This document shows, one piece after another, positions 1 through 8,450 of a stretch of 64,000 nucleotides of DNA. Source of the stretch: Synechococcus sp. (lineage in GTDB: Bacteria; Cyanobacteriota; Cyanobacteriia; PCC-6307; Cyanobiaceae); the NCBI GenBank assembly GCA_047285535.1, contig JBJBDC010000001.1, forward strand, positions 1,824,136 through 1,888,135. Direction: 5' to 3'. Made by a program: the position numbers and the translations under genes. The notes beneath the pieces are model-generated. The model saw nothing but the letters and a program-made list of their open reading frames with translations, did no database searches and was not told the DNA's origin. Numbering within the stretch: position 1 is the stretch's first letter; every line of letters starts with the position of its first letter.

Positions 1-213
1 GCTATTGAGGACACCGACCGGTAGCAATACACCTGTGCCGTTAACGTCAACCGGCACTCTCGACAGAACCGACCAGAGCGTCGCCATCCCAGCCAACCCC
101 AATCCGAACAGCAAAGTTAGCCGTAGCGGAGGAGTGAGAACACGGACTGCATTTGTATTTTCGCCAGCCTGATGGCGCTTGCGTAGCGCTCGTGTTTCAA
201 AGATCTGCTTCAT
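1..213 (-). CDS. NHLP bacteriocin-system secretion protein (HlyD-family periplasmic adaptor), 5' part only; runs off the window edge
   Basis: Not in the ORF track. Manual translation from ATG at 213 gives MKQIFETRALRKRHQAGENTNAVRVLTPPLRLTLLFGLGLAGMATLWSVLSRVPVDVNGTGVLLPVGVLNS, open to base 1. It has one TM helix followed by the W-S-x-x-x-R-(V/I)-P-x-x-V-x-G-x-G-V-L motif typical of NHLP secretion adaptors. Its start overlaps the TolC-family stop (ATGA). Confidence 0.8.
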   Translation of the reverse strand, partial: MKQIFETRALRKRHQAGENTNAVRVLTPPLRLTLLFGLGLAGMATLWSVLSRVPVDVNGTGVLLPVGVLNS

Positions 214-1790
214 CGCAATCGCCTCTCCTGTTCATTAACCAACTGATCAGTCTCTCCAGGCCAGGTTGCGGAATAGCGATAAAGCTCAGCCACAGCGCTG
301 TTGTAACTCTTGATTGCCAATGACAGTTGTGTTGATGACTGACCCAGCTGTTGAATGGTCTGAACAAGCGAAGTGATACTCGTCACGCCGACATCGAATC
401 GTGCAAGTGCCGCCTCCTGGGCAAGCTGTGCACTTTTATAGGCACGTCTAGCACTATGAACAGCAATATCTGCAGACCGATACTTACCGTAACTAGAGCG
501 CACCTGCTCAACAGCTTTCAACTTATTGAGCTCGGCTACAGATTTATTCTTAGCCTCCAGAGAGTATGCACTCTGTGATTGAGCTGCTTGAACTCCTCCG
601 TCAAACATCAACCAGGAAAAGCCAAGTCCTACATTGGTATCCCAGCGACGTGTTTCAGCAAGATAATCTGATGTATTGAGGCCAGGCTGCCCGCTCAGTA
701 CGCCACTTTGATACGAAAGATTTCCGGATCCGATCAAAGAAATTTTTGGCAGATATGCACGGATAGCAGCTAGGCCCCGCCACTTTGCTTGTTGAGCTGC
801 TGCCAAACTTGATAAAATTTCCTCCCTCATTTCAATGGCGCGAGTGATAGTATCACTCAAGGATAGTTTCCACTCGGGATACAAGCGAGCTTTTTCCGAT
901 GGAATAGCAAGCTCATCACTTTTCATACCCAAGCTCCTGGATAAAACGGCTGCTTCTGAAAGAAAAGATTGCGTGTAATTAATTAGAGAATTCAATTGAG
1001 TATAAAGCTGAGTTTCTGTTTGCGCGAGATCTTGGACGGAAACCATGAGAATGCCATACTGTGCCTGAATAAAATCAAGCTGGCGTCGGTTAATGTCATA
1101 GATTTCCTGAAAATCGTCAATAAGCTGTCTAGTACTTTGTAGAGCGTAATAGGCTGTTTGAATCTCAAGGATTAAATTTCTAGCACTTACAATAAAGAGT
1201 AATTTTTGCTCTCTCAGCGCCTCTGAGGCAGCATTAATGGATGGCTGCCGCGTTGGGTCGATTGCATCCCAAGAAAAGCTAAGGCCCGGCTGAAATGTCG
1301 CATTACTAGAATAAGTGGTGATCTGAGGAGATGTAGTCGTAGTGACCTGCGAAGATTCAGGCAGCGAAGAGAGTGAGCCTTCCTCTGTAGCAGTCGCTGC
1401 CAGATCAGAAGTAAAAGACTGGGGTCGGTATAACCTCTGAACAAAAGTTTGTGCTGTGTAACCAACGAATGGTGAGCCATTGGCAAAGCGAAGATTTGGA
1501 TACCAGCGTCTCTGTGCAGCGACAAGCTGCCACTCATACTGTTGGATCGTTCGAAAGGCAGAAACCAGCTCAGGATTGTTCTTAATACCAAGAGCTATTG
1601 CCTCGTCGAGCGTGAGACTCTTTGAAGAATTCAAGACTATGGACTGAAGGTTTTGAAGTCTTCGCAAAAGGGCATCTGCCTCCAAATCAGCTGAATCTTC
1701 TTTCGCCAATGCACTTTTGGGGAAAGAGTTGGCAATTATCGCCAAGCAGAGCGCAGCGCCAAGATAATTCTTAAGCAGCCAACGTGACAA
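210..1790 (-). CDS. TolC-family outer membrane efflux protein
   Basis: Signal peptide, 'LTLDEAIALGIKNNPEL' motif, two OEP repeats (RRWYPNL / RAYLPKISL...FDGG), C-terminal 'YNSAVAELYR'. Confidence 0.88.
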   Translation of the reverse strand: MSRWLLKNYLGAALCLAIIANSFPKSALAKEDSADLEADALLRRLQNLQSIVLNSSKSLTLDEAIALGIKNNPELVSAFRTIQQYEWQLVAAQRRWYPNLRFANGSPFVGYTAQTFVQRLYRPQSFTSDLAATATEEGSLSSLPESSQVTTTTSPQITTYSSNATFQPGLSFSWDAIDPTRQPSINAASEALREQKLLFIVSARNLILEIQTAYYALQSTRQLIDDFQEIYDINRRQLDFIQAQYGILMVSVQDLAQTETQLYTQLNSLINYTQSFLSEAAVLSRSLGMKSDELAIPSEKARLYPEWKLSLSDTITRAIEMREEILSSLAAAQQAKWRGLAAIRAYLPKISLIGSGNLSYQSGVLSGQPGLNTSDYLAETRRWDTNVGLGFSWLMFDGGVQAAQSQSAYSLEAKNKSVAELNKLKAVEQVRSSYGKYRSADIAVHSARRAYKSAQLAQEAALARFDVGVTSITSLVQTIQQLGQSSTQLSLAIKSYNSAVAELYRYSATWPGETDQLVNEQERRLR

Positions 1791-2126
1791 CGTGAAAAAT
1801 CAACGCACTGTATAAAAACACATTTCACTGGCATGCGCAATCCTATTAATAAGCATCAATTTCCCAACAACTGCCTCAAGAGGGAAAACCCCCAAACTGG
1901 CATCGTCAAGACGCAAATTCTTCACAACGACCTTACAGATCACAAGCGAACACAATCCCTAGCTAAAACCAAAACGAAAAACATTACAGATTACCCCTAA
2001 AACCATACCTACCCAGGCTAAAAGCTTGCACAGAATAAAACAAAATTCAAAGCGAAGACCCTAGATTGTTTCATAGCAATCCGAGAAAATGATGAGAATG
2101 CAACCTCTTGCCAACCCTTTGAGGAT

Positions 2127-2477
2127 ATTTCCAATTCCAAGCCACTTATCAAGAGAAGCCATAACCCTTGCCAACACTGACAATGACAACACAGTCGCAC
2201 TGCTTGCAAAGCCAAAAGAAGCCTCATGCAAGGCAGGGTTTATTACATCCAATGGCATAACAGTCCATTACTCGACGGAAGTGAAATAGTTCCTCCAACA
2301 ACGACCCCTAACTTTTACCCACAACGCTGCAAAATGGACAAGATGGCAAACAGGTAGTTAGACGAAGAGGCCATGCAAACTGTTACCGCAGGTGGTCCAT
2401 GCCAAACCACCAAAAACACAGCAGGCAGCTCTCACACTTACATGCCTTCAGCCACCAGCGCCGCAAGCAAGTGCTGA
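2127..2477 (+). pseudogene. Decayed paralog of the NHLP precursor gene at 2916..3266
   Basis: Colinear similarity over the full precursor length: AITLANTDNDNTVALLAKPKEASCKAGFITSNGITVHY, then VPPTT, then LDEEAMQTVTAGG-PCQTTKNTAGSSHTYMPSATSAASKC*. Start codon ATG has become ATT (2127), there are two frameshifts, and an in-frame TAG lies at 2355-2357. Confidence 0.85.
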
Positions 2478-2915
2478 TCAAACACTGACTAAAAAATCAG
2501 ATTCACTCAAAACAGCAAAACACAAGCCCGAACAAGAGCAAAATCACATCCCAAACTTGTGCCAATCCACGAAACAGTTACCCGAAATCATTAAGAGTAT
2601 ATGCAAAATCCTTAGCTCCTATCAAGCAATTTTCAAAGTTCAAAGGTCAGAGCGCATTTGACACAAGTTCAAAGGAAAAGCAATTGCGATCTTCTCTCAG
2701 AAGATGTATGCTGAGATTGCTAATTACGAGGACAAGCATAAATTCTCATCATTCAAACAAATAGATTCAACTCTTCTTACATCAACAAGTTTACAATTGC
2801 AATTGTCAGGGAGACCCTCCATTGGGCTAGGCCAGTGGCAGAAAACCAAAGCATTGCTATGGTAGGTAGAGTTTCCTAAGCGCAGGGAACTCTTTATAAA
2901 CAGATTTAAGAAGTA

Positions 2916-3266
2916 ATGTCCGACTTCAAGCTCATTCAAAAGGCAACAGCTTTGGCAAGCACCGATGCTGACTACAAAGCTGAATTGCTTTCCAACACTA
3001 AAGAAGCATTAAGAAAGGTCGGGTTCACTGCACCCGAAGGCGTAACAGTCCATTTTGTCGAGGAAGGTACAAATGTTCCTCCAGCAACAAGTTCCGACAT
3101 TTATTTGCAACTTGGCAAAGTGGACAATACGGCAACCATGGAATTAGACGAAGAGGCTCTGCAAGCGGTTGCTGCAGGTGGGACATGCCAATCAACAGCA
3201 AGCACAGCAGGCACAATTCCCTCTTGCGTCTCCTCAGCTAGTAGTGCCAGTTCAAAGTGCCAATGA
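2916..3266 (+). CDS. NHLP (nitrile hydratase-like leader peptide) RiPP precursor with double-glycine cleavage site
   Basis: Leader: KATALASTDADYKAELLSNTKEALRKVGFTAPEGVTVHFVEE...ELDEEALQAVAAGG. 27-aa core: TCQSTASTAGTIPSCVSSASSASSKCQ (16/27 Cys/Ser/Thr). Lies directly upstream of a YcaO gene. Confidence 0.93.
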   Translation: MSDFKLIQKATALASTDADYKAELLSNTKEALRKVGFTAPEGVTVHFVEEGTNVPPATSSDIYLQLGKVDNTATMELDEEALQAVAAGGTCQSTASTAGTIPSCVSSASSASSKCQ

Positions 3267-3285
3267 TCATCAGCGTCTAGACATT

Positions 3286-3320
3286 CAAGAAGACTCTAGA
3301 TTTTTATCAGAGTCTTCTTG
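3286..3320 (+). promoter_or_regulatory. Stem-loop between precursor and cyclodehydratase (putative mRNA stabiliser or partial attenuator)
   Basis: Perfect 12-bp inverted repeat CAAGAAGACTCT (3286-3297) / AGAGTCTTCTTG (3309-3320), with no U-tract following. Confidence 0.6.
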
Positions 3321-3352
3321 CATTCATAATAGCAATCAATAATTTACCATCA

Positions 3353-5605
3353 ATGAGGATGCTAACCATACCCAAATTTGCTCCACACATCACCGTAACT
3401 TTCATTCCTGACGACTCCGTTGTCATCTCAGGCAGCGGATTCCAGAGTCGCCTTAAATCCCCTTACTGGCAGACATTATATCCCCTTATCAATGGTTCCA
3501 ATCAGCTAGACGACATTGTTGATATTGCAACTTCAGAAAATCCAGATTGGAGTACAACAGATCTCTACAAGTTTTTTTTCCGTCTCCACAAGAAAAACTT
3601 TCTGGTAGAAACAAATCAAGAGCGTTCACACCTTGATATTTTCGCTTTAGCGGTGAGTGAACAAAAACCGATTAGCCATGGCTTGCAGATACCAACATTA
3701 AGGATTCACCAAATCGGAGCCATCGATATTGAACCAATCAAAGCACTGATGAGCTGCACTGGGGTCAAGTTAAGCGAATCAGATAACGAACAAGCTCTCG
3801 ATATTTACCTCACAGACGATTACTTACGCCAAGAGCTAAAGGAAGTTAATCAAATCCATCTTAAGGAATCATCCGAATGGATTTTGATGCAGCTCAACGG
3901 CTTAGAGCCCATGCTCGGACCATGGTTCCACCCTGAGGAAGGAGCTTGCTGGGAGTGCCTGGCATCACGATTAAGAATGAACCGGGATCTCACAGAATTC
4001 CTGGGAGCTCACAGACAAGAGGGATACCCTTTCCCTGAACGTGTTGAGGTTCCTGGCTCGGCGTTACACATCACAGGAATACTTATCGAGCAAATTGCCT
4101 TGGCAACCTCGAAAGGTAAATCGAATATCGATGAAGCAATCTTGTCATGGAACACGTATCGATCCACGGCAACAACCCACACTGTGGTCAAACGGCCCCA
4201 ATGCAACGAATGCGGAAGCGAGCAACAGATCCATCTGCCAAAGCCGATCAACTTGAGCTCGGCACCAAGACGGCAAGCCAGCGATGCCGGCTACCGAAGC
4301 ATGACATCCGAGCAAGTCTTTGAAACTTTTAAATATCATCTGAGCCCCATTTCAGGCGTCGTCAAGCATCTTGAACGCATCACAAATCCCACCGATCCGA
4401 TTCAACACGTTTATGTCTCAGGTCAAAACTTCGCAACGTCTTATCGAAATATTCAGGACCTATCAAAGAATCTGCGTAGTTCATCCTGTGGTAAAGGCAC
4501 CACAGATATCCAAGCCAAGGTGAGTGGGCTTTGCGAAGCCATCGAGCGCTACAGCGGAGTGTTCCGAGGAGACGAGTATCGGATTCTATCCTCTCTAGAT
4601 CATCTAGGTGAAACAGGCATTCACCCAAATAGTATTCTGCTAATTAGCGATCAGCAGTACGAAAATAGGCACGAATGGAATGCTCGAAATAACAAGTTTG
4701 CCCTCGTTTGCGAACCATTCGATCCAACTGCTGAGCTGGAATGGTCGCCAGTTTGGTCGGTGACAAAGCAATGCACCAAATGGCTACCTACAGGTCATTT
4801 GTATTTCAACTATCCAATCAAAAACAATCAATTTACTATGATGCCATGCTCCAACGGCGCGTCCACTGGAGCGAGCCTTGAAGAAGCTGTTTTGCAGGGC
4901 TTTCTTGAAGTTGTTGAAAGGGATGCTTTTGCTATGTGGTGGTATCCCCGTACGCAACAGCCTCAGGTTGATCTTTCGAGTTACGACCTGCCTTATGTGC
5001 GCGCCATGGAAAAACGAATGGATGAACTGAACAGAGAACTTTGGGTTCTCGACATTACAAGTGATCTTGGGATCCCCGTTTTTGTGGCCTTTTCAAGAGA
5101 GACAACAGGCCATCGAGAAAATATCGTGTTTGCTCCAGGTGCGCACTTTGACCCCTGCATTGCGCTGTTGAGAGCTCTAACCGAGCTAAACCAAATGCTG
5201 CCTGGCGTGCAACCCGGACTAAACGGCCACGAATATGCGTTTGACGACCCCCATTGTGTTGAGTGGTGGACAACAGCAACGATTGATAATCAACCATACA
5301 TCTGCCCAAATAAAAACGCGGCAATGAGCCGGAGAGTGAATTACGACGTACCACAGACAACAGACTTGCTCGAAGATATTGATATTGCCCGTTCACTCGT
5401 TGAGTCGCGAGGAATGGAATTCATCATTCATAATCAAACAAGGCCTGACATCAAAATGCCAGTGGCTAAAGTGATCGTTCCTGGAATGAGACATTTTTGG
5501 GCTCGCTTCGCTCCCGGTCGATTATTCAATATCCCTGTAGAACTAGGAAGATTACAGATAACCCCCAAAGAGAGTGAACTGAATCCAATCTCGGTTTTCA
5601 TTTAA
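3353..5605 (+). CDS. Fused E1-like (ThiF/C) + YcaO (D) cyclodehydratase, TOMM/PatD-like, azoline-forming
   Basis: N-terminal RRE-like region; CWECL and CNECG Zn pairs; YcaO ATP-binding motifs SCGKG, EAIERYSG, SNGASTG, EVVERD; 'KVIVPGMRHFWARFAPGRL'; C-terminal ELNPISVFI. Confidence 0.95.
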   Translation: MRMLTIPKFAPHITVTFIPDDSVVISGSGFQSRLKSPYWQTLYPLINGSNQLDDIVDIATSENPDWSTTDLYKFFFRLHKKNFLVETNQERSHLDIFALAVSEQKPISHGLQIPTLRIHQIGAIDIEPIKALMSCTGVKLSESDNEQALDIYLTDDYLRQELKEVNQIHLKESSEWILMQLNGLEPMLGPWFHPEEGACWECLASRLRMNRDLTEFLGAHRQEGYPFPERVEVPGSALHITGILIEQIALATSKGKSNIDEAILSWNTYRSTATTHTVVKRPQCNECGSEQQIHLPKPINLSSAPRRQASDAGYRSMTSEQVFETFKYHLSPISGVVKHLERITNPTDPIQHVYVSGQNFATSYRNIQDLSKNLRSSSCGKGTTDIQAKVSGLCEAIERYSGVFRGDEYRILSSLDHLGETGIHPNSILLISDQQYENRHEWNARNNKFALVCEPFDPTAELEWSPVWSVTKQCTKWLPTGHLYFNYPIKNNQFTMMPCSNGASTGASLEEAVLQGFLEVVERDAFAMWWYPRTQQPQVDLSSYDLPYVRAMEKRMDELNRELWVLDITSDLGIPVFVAFSRETTGHRENIVFAPGAHFDPCIALLRALTELNQMLPGVQPGLNGHEYAFDDPHCVEWWTTATIDNQPYICPNKNAAMSRRVNYDVPQTTDLLEDIDIARSLVESRGMEFIIHNQTRPDIKMPVAKVIVPGMRHFWARFAPGRLFNIPVELGRLQITPKESELNPISVFI

Positions 5606-7008
5606 TGAAAGAATCCATACATCTTCAACTACTAGCAACTCAACCCTATTCGTCTGTCATATCTGATAATGGCGTTGAAATCAACACCCCAACGAGACGA
5701 TTAAAATACAAAACCAAAAACAAAGCACTAGTCGAAGCATTTGGAAACATTTTCGACCAAAAAAAATCACTTCACGCTGCAATTCAGTTACTCACCGAGA
5801 GAGACCCTGATCAGCTTAGATCATTATTTTTAGTGCTGAAACGGCTGTACCAAGAAAATGGAATAGCCATTTTCTACCACCTCGACCAGATACACGCAGG
5901 AACCATACTGCCGATGGCGCCGATGCCATTAATCACCGACTTCTCACCATTAAGTGGAACAATCGGTCTGGCACGTTCTGCCAAACTTCATCGCCACCAA
6001 GAAGTGTTAGTTCTCGAAGCACCACTGGCTAGAGCTCGCTTAGAGATTCAACAAACCGCTCTTGTCGTCAAAATCAGCCAATGGATGGCTCAAGCAACTG
6101 TAAAGGTCGAAGAGTCTCTCCTAGCCCAATTACTTGTTGCCACAAATCTAGGAGATCTAATTACAGGGGACAATCCATTACTCTCCAAACCAGCTCCTGA
6201 GCTTGATGGATGGGGTTCCCATGAGCTCTTCTTTCAATTTCGATCGCGGCACGGATTCCACACATATCCATCCGGCGCCCTATTTCTAGCTGCTGGTCAT
6301 CGAGAACCACCCCCAGCCAACAGGATTAGAAGCGAGTCAGAAAAACGGATCCCCCTAAACAAACCAAAATCAATCAAAAGCGGCACGCTCGAGTCAGTCA
6401 TTGCAGCAAGGGTATCAACCAGCAGTTATAGGAATGAACAACCCGCACTCAATCAGTTAAGTGAACTGTTGTGGAGAACGATGCGTCAAACCGGAGAATT
6501 CTCTATGACAATTGAGGACAAGACAGGAAAATCTCACATTTTTCCACTGAAAAGTCGCCCGGTTCCATCCGGCGGTTCAGTACATGAAATCGATGCCTAT
6601 CTTTTAGTCAATGCACCAGGTTCTCTACAGAAAGGACTCTGGCGATATGATGACAAGAATCACGAACTTGTGATGGTGACAACACTCAATAATGACACCG
6701 AATTAATCCTCCTTCATGGACAGATCTCAGCAGGATTAGAGAAGCTGCCACCCATGATGCTGATATTTTCCGCACGATTTGATCGAATGATGTGGAAGTA
6801 CTCAGCACTTCCGTTAGCCGCTATCCTTAAACATGTCGGAGTTCTCTATGAAATTTTTTACCTAGTAGCTACAGACATGCGCTTAGGAGTCCGCGGATTG
6901 GGAAGTGGTGAATCAAGGGCATTCTCTCAGGCTATCCAAGTTCATCCCGCTGTTGAGTCAAGCGTTGGAGAAATGCTAATTGGTCTCCCTGCACAACACA
7001 TAGCATGA
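5605..7008 (+). CDS. SagB/ThcOx-family FMN-dependent azoline dehydrogenase
   Basis: RPVPSGG motif, catalytic K-Y motif (RMMWKYS), nitroreductase-fold C-terminus, extended N-terminal region; TAATG overlap with the YcaO gene. Confidence 0.92.
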   Translation: MKESIHLQLLATQPYSSVISDNGVEINTPTRRLKYKTKNKALVEAFGNIFDQKKSLHAAIQLLTERDPDQLRSLFLVLKRLYQENGIAIFYHLDQIHAGTILPMAPMPLITDFSPLSGTIGLARSAKLHRHQEVLVLEAPLARARLEIQQTALVVKISQWMAQATVKVEESLLAQLLVATNLGDLITGDNPLLSKPAPELDGWGSHELFFQFRSRHGFHTYPSGALFLAAGHREPPPANRIRSESEKRIPLNKPKSIKSGTLESVIAARVSTSSYRNEQPALNQLSELLWRTMRQTGEFSMTIEDKTGKSHIFPLKSRPVPSGGSVHEIDAYLLVNAPGSLQKGLWRYDDKNHELVMVTTLNNDTELILLHGQISAGLEKLPPMMLIFSARFDRMMWKYSALPLAAILKHVGVLYEIFYLVATDMRLGVRGLGSGESRAFSQAIQVHPAVESSVGEMLIGLPAQHIA

Positions 7009-8450
7009 CGATGCAACAGACAATCTCGAATGAATTAATCAGATTTCATGAGGTTCTTGCATCCAATTCTCACGTAAAGAGATTTGCGGAAAAATGGCTA
7101 TCCGACCCATCATTTCGAGAGGCCTTTCGAATCAACCCCAAACAAACTCTCTCCCAACATCACATCAAGCTTGATGAAAACGAAATCGTTCTCATCAGCG
7201 AGGGGAAACCCTCATCGGCTCTTGAACACCTGGAAGAAATTAAGCGTCAAAAGGAAATCTGGACTCATCACTTCTATAGCCAGACGTGCGCACCTATCGA
7301 TGAATCATGGCTGAGCTGGCGCAAACGCCAAGTTTCGCGGCAGATATTCGACCTTGGACCTCAACATGCGCTCTCAAACATCCACTCATCTCTGACTGTT
7401 GAACTAAACAAAGGTTGCAGTGTCGGCTGCTGGTTCTGCGCTTTAAGCCCTGACAAAAACACTATTCCGATGTTGTATGACTCTGGAGGGGAAGCTCGGT
7501 TCTCCACCTTGATTCGCGCGATGCAAAAAGAGCTTGGTCCTGCGGTGAAAAGCGGATTCCTCTATTGGGGAAGCGAGCCGATGGACAACCCTGATTACGA
7601 GCGTTATTGCCTTGATTTTCATTCCATCACAGGTGTCTTTCCTCCCACAACAACAGCACTACCCCATAAAGACCCAGAGCGTACGCGTCGATTTTTAAAA
7701 CTTGCTGATAAGCACAATGCCTGGCTGAGCCGATTCAGCGTTGCTTCGACAAGTCTCATGAATCGCATCCACTCTCTTTTCACAGCCGAGGAACTCGCCA
7801 CAACCGAGTGCCTGTCCCTGAATGCTGAGAGTTCTTTCTCGTTTGGTGTAGGAGGTCGATACCGCGATTATCTAAAGAAGCACCCAGAGATCCTTCAAGA
7901 GCAAAAGCAGAAACTAAAAAATGCACCTTTTTACGAGGAGATCAAGGAACATCTAAATGAAGAAACGCATGCGCACGGCTCCATTGCCTGTGTAACAGGT
8001 TTCCTGGTTAATTTAGTAGATCAATCGATTGCATTGATTGCACCTACCCACGCTGATGATGAGCACCCTCTGGGATATATCACATTTTCCAAAGAAACCT
8101 TTTCGAGCAATAGTGAAATCGTCAGCACAATCAGAACTGTTGTAGAACGCGGCAGAATTCTGGCACTCCGAAACAAAGATATCTGCGCTTTTCCCTGCTA
8201 CATCAAATGGGACCAGGACAAATCCGACATTATTTTTCAGGGTAGGCTTGGTACCAAGATTCGAGCTAAAAGTCTTGGTAAAAAGCCTAATTTGAATAAA
8301 CTATGTACTCTACTCAGCCACGGCAACCATTCGAAGCAAAAGATAGTTTCATCCTTCCCCAAAGAAAAAGAATGGATCGAATCAGTCCTCCATCGCCTAT
8401 GGCTAATGGGTGTATTGAAAGAGCCTAGCCATGCTAAAACAACTCCATGA
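7005..8450 (+). CDS. Radical SAM peptide epimerase, PoyD/OspD (proteusin) family
   Basis: ELNKG-CSVGCWFC (CxxxCxxC, C138/142/145), GFLYWGSEPMDNPDYE, FPPTTTA, RFSV and SIACVTGFLVN match motifs I recall from PoyD-type epimerases. ATGA overlap with the dehydrogenase gene. Confidence 0.85.
   Translation: MTMQQTISNELIRFHEVLASNSHVKRFAEKWLSDPSFREAFRINPKQTLSQHHIKLDENEIVLISEGKPSSALEHLEEIKRQKEIWTHHFYSQTCAPIDESWLSWRKRQVSRQIFDLGPQHALSNIHSSLTVELNKGCSVGCWFCALSPDKNTIPMLYDSGGEARFSTLIRAMQKELGPAVKSGFLYWGSEPMDNPDYERYCLDFHSITGVFPPTTTALPHKDPERTRRFLKLADKHNAWLSRFSVASTSLMNRIHSLFTAEELATTECLSLNAESSFSFGVGGRYRDYLKKHPEILQEQKQKLKNAPFYEEIKEHLNEETHAHGSIACVTGFLVNLVDQSIALIAPTHADDEHPLGYITFSKETFSSNSEIVSTIRTVVERGRILALRNKDICAFPCYIKWDQDKSDIIFQGRLGTKIRAKSLGKKPNLNKLCTLLSHGNHSKQKIVSSFPKEKEWIESVLHRLWLMGVLKEPSHAKTTP

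Noticed and set aside
2089..2289. 66-aa ORF as an independent gene
   Set aside because: It is one reading-frame fragment of the decayed precursor copy.
2392..2661. 89-aa ORF as a second precursor
   Set aside because: It is out of frame with the precursor-like sequence, has no leader or GG motif, and runs through low-complexity A/C-rich DNA.
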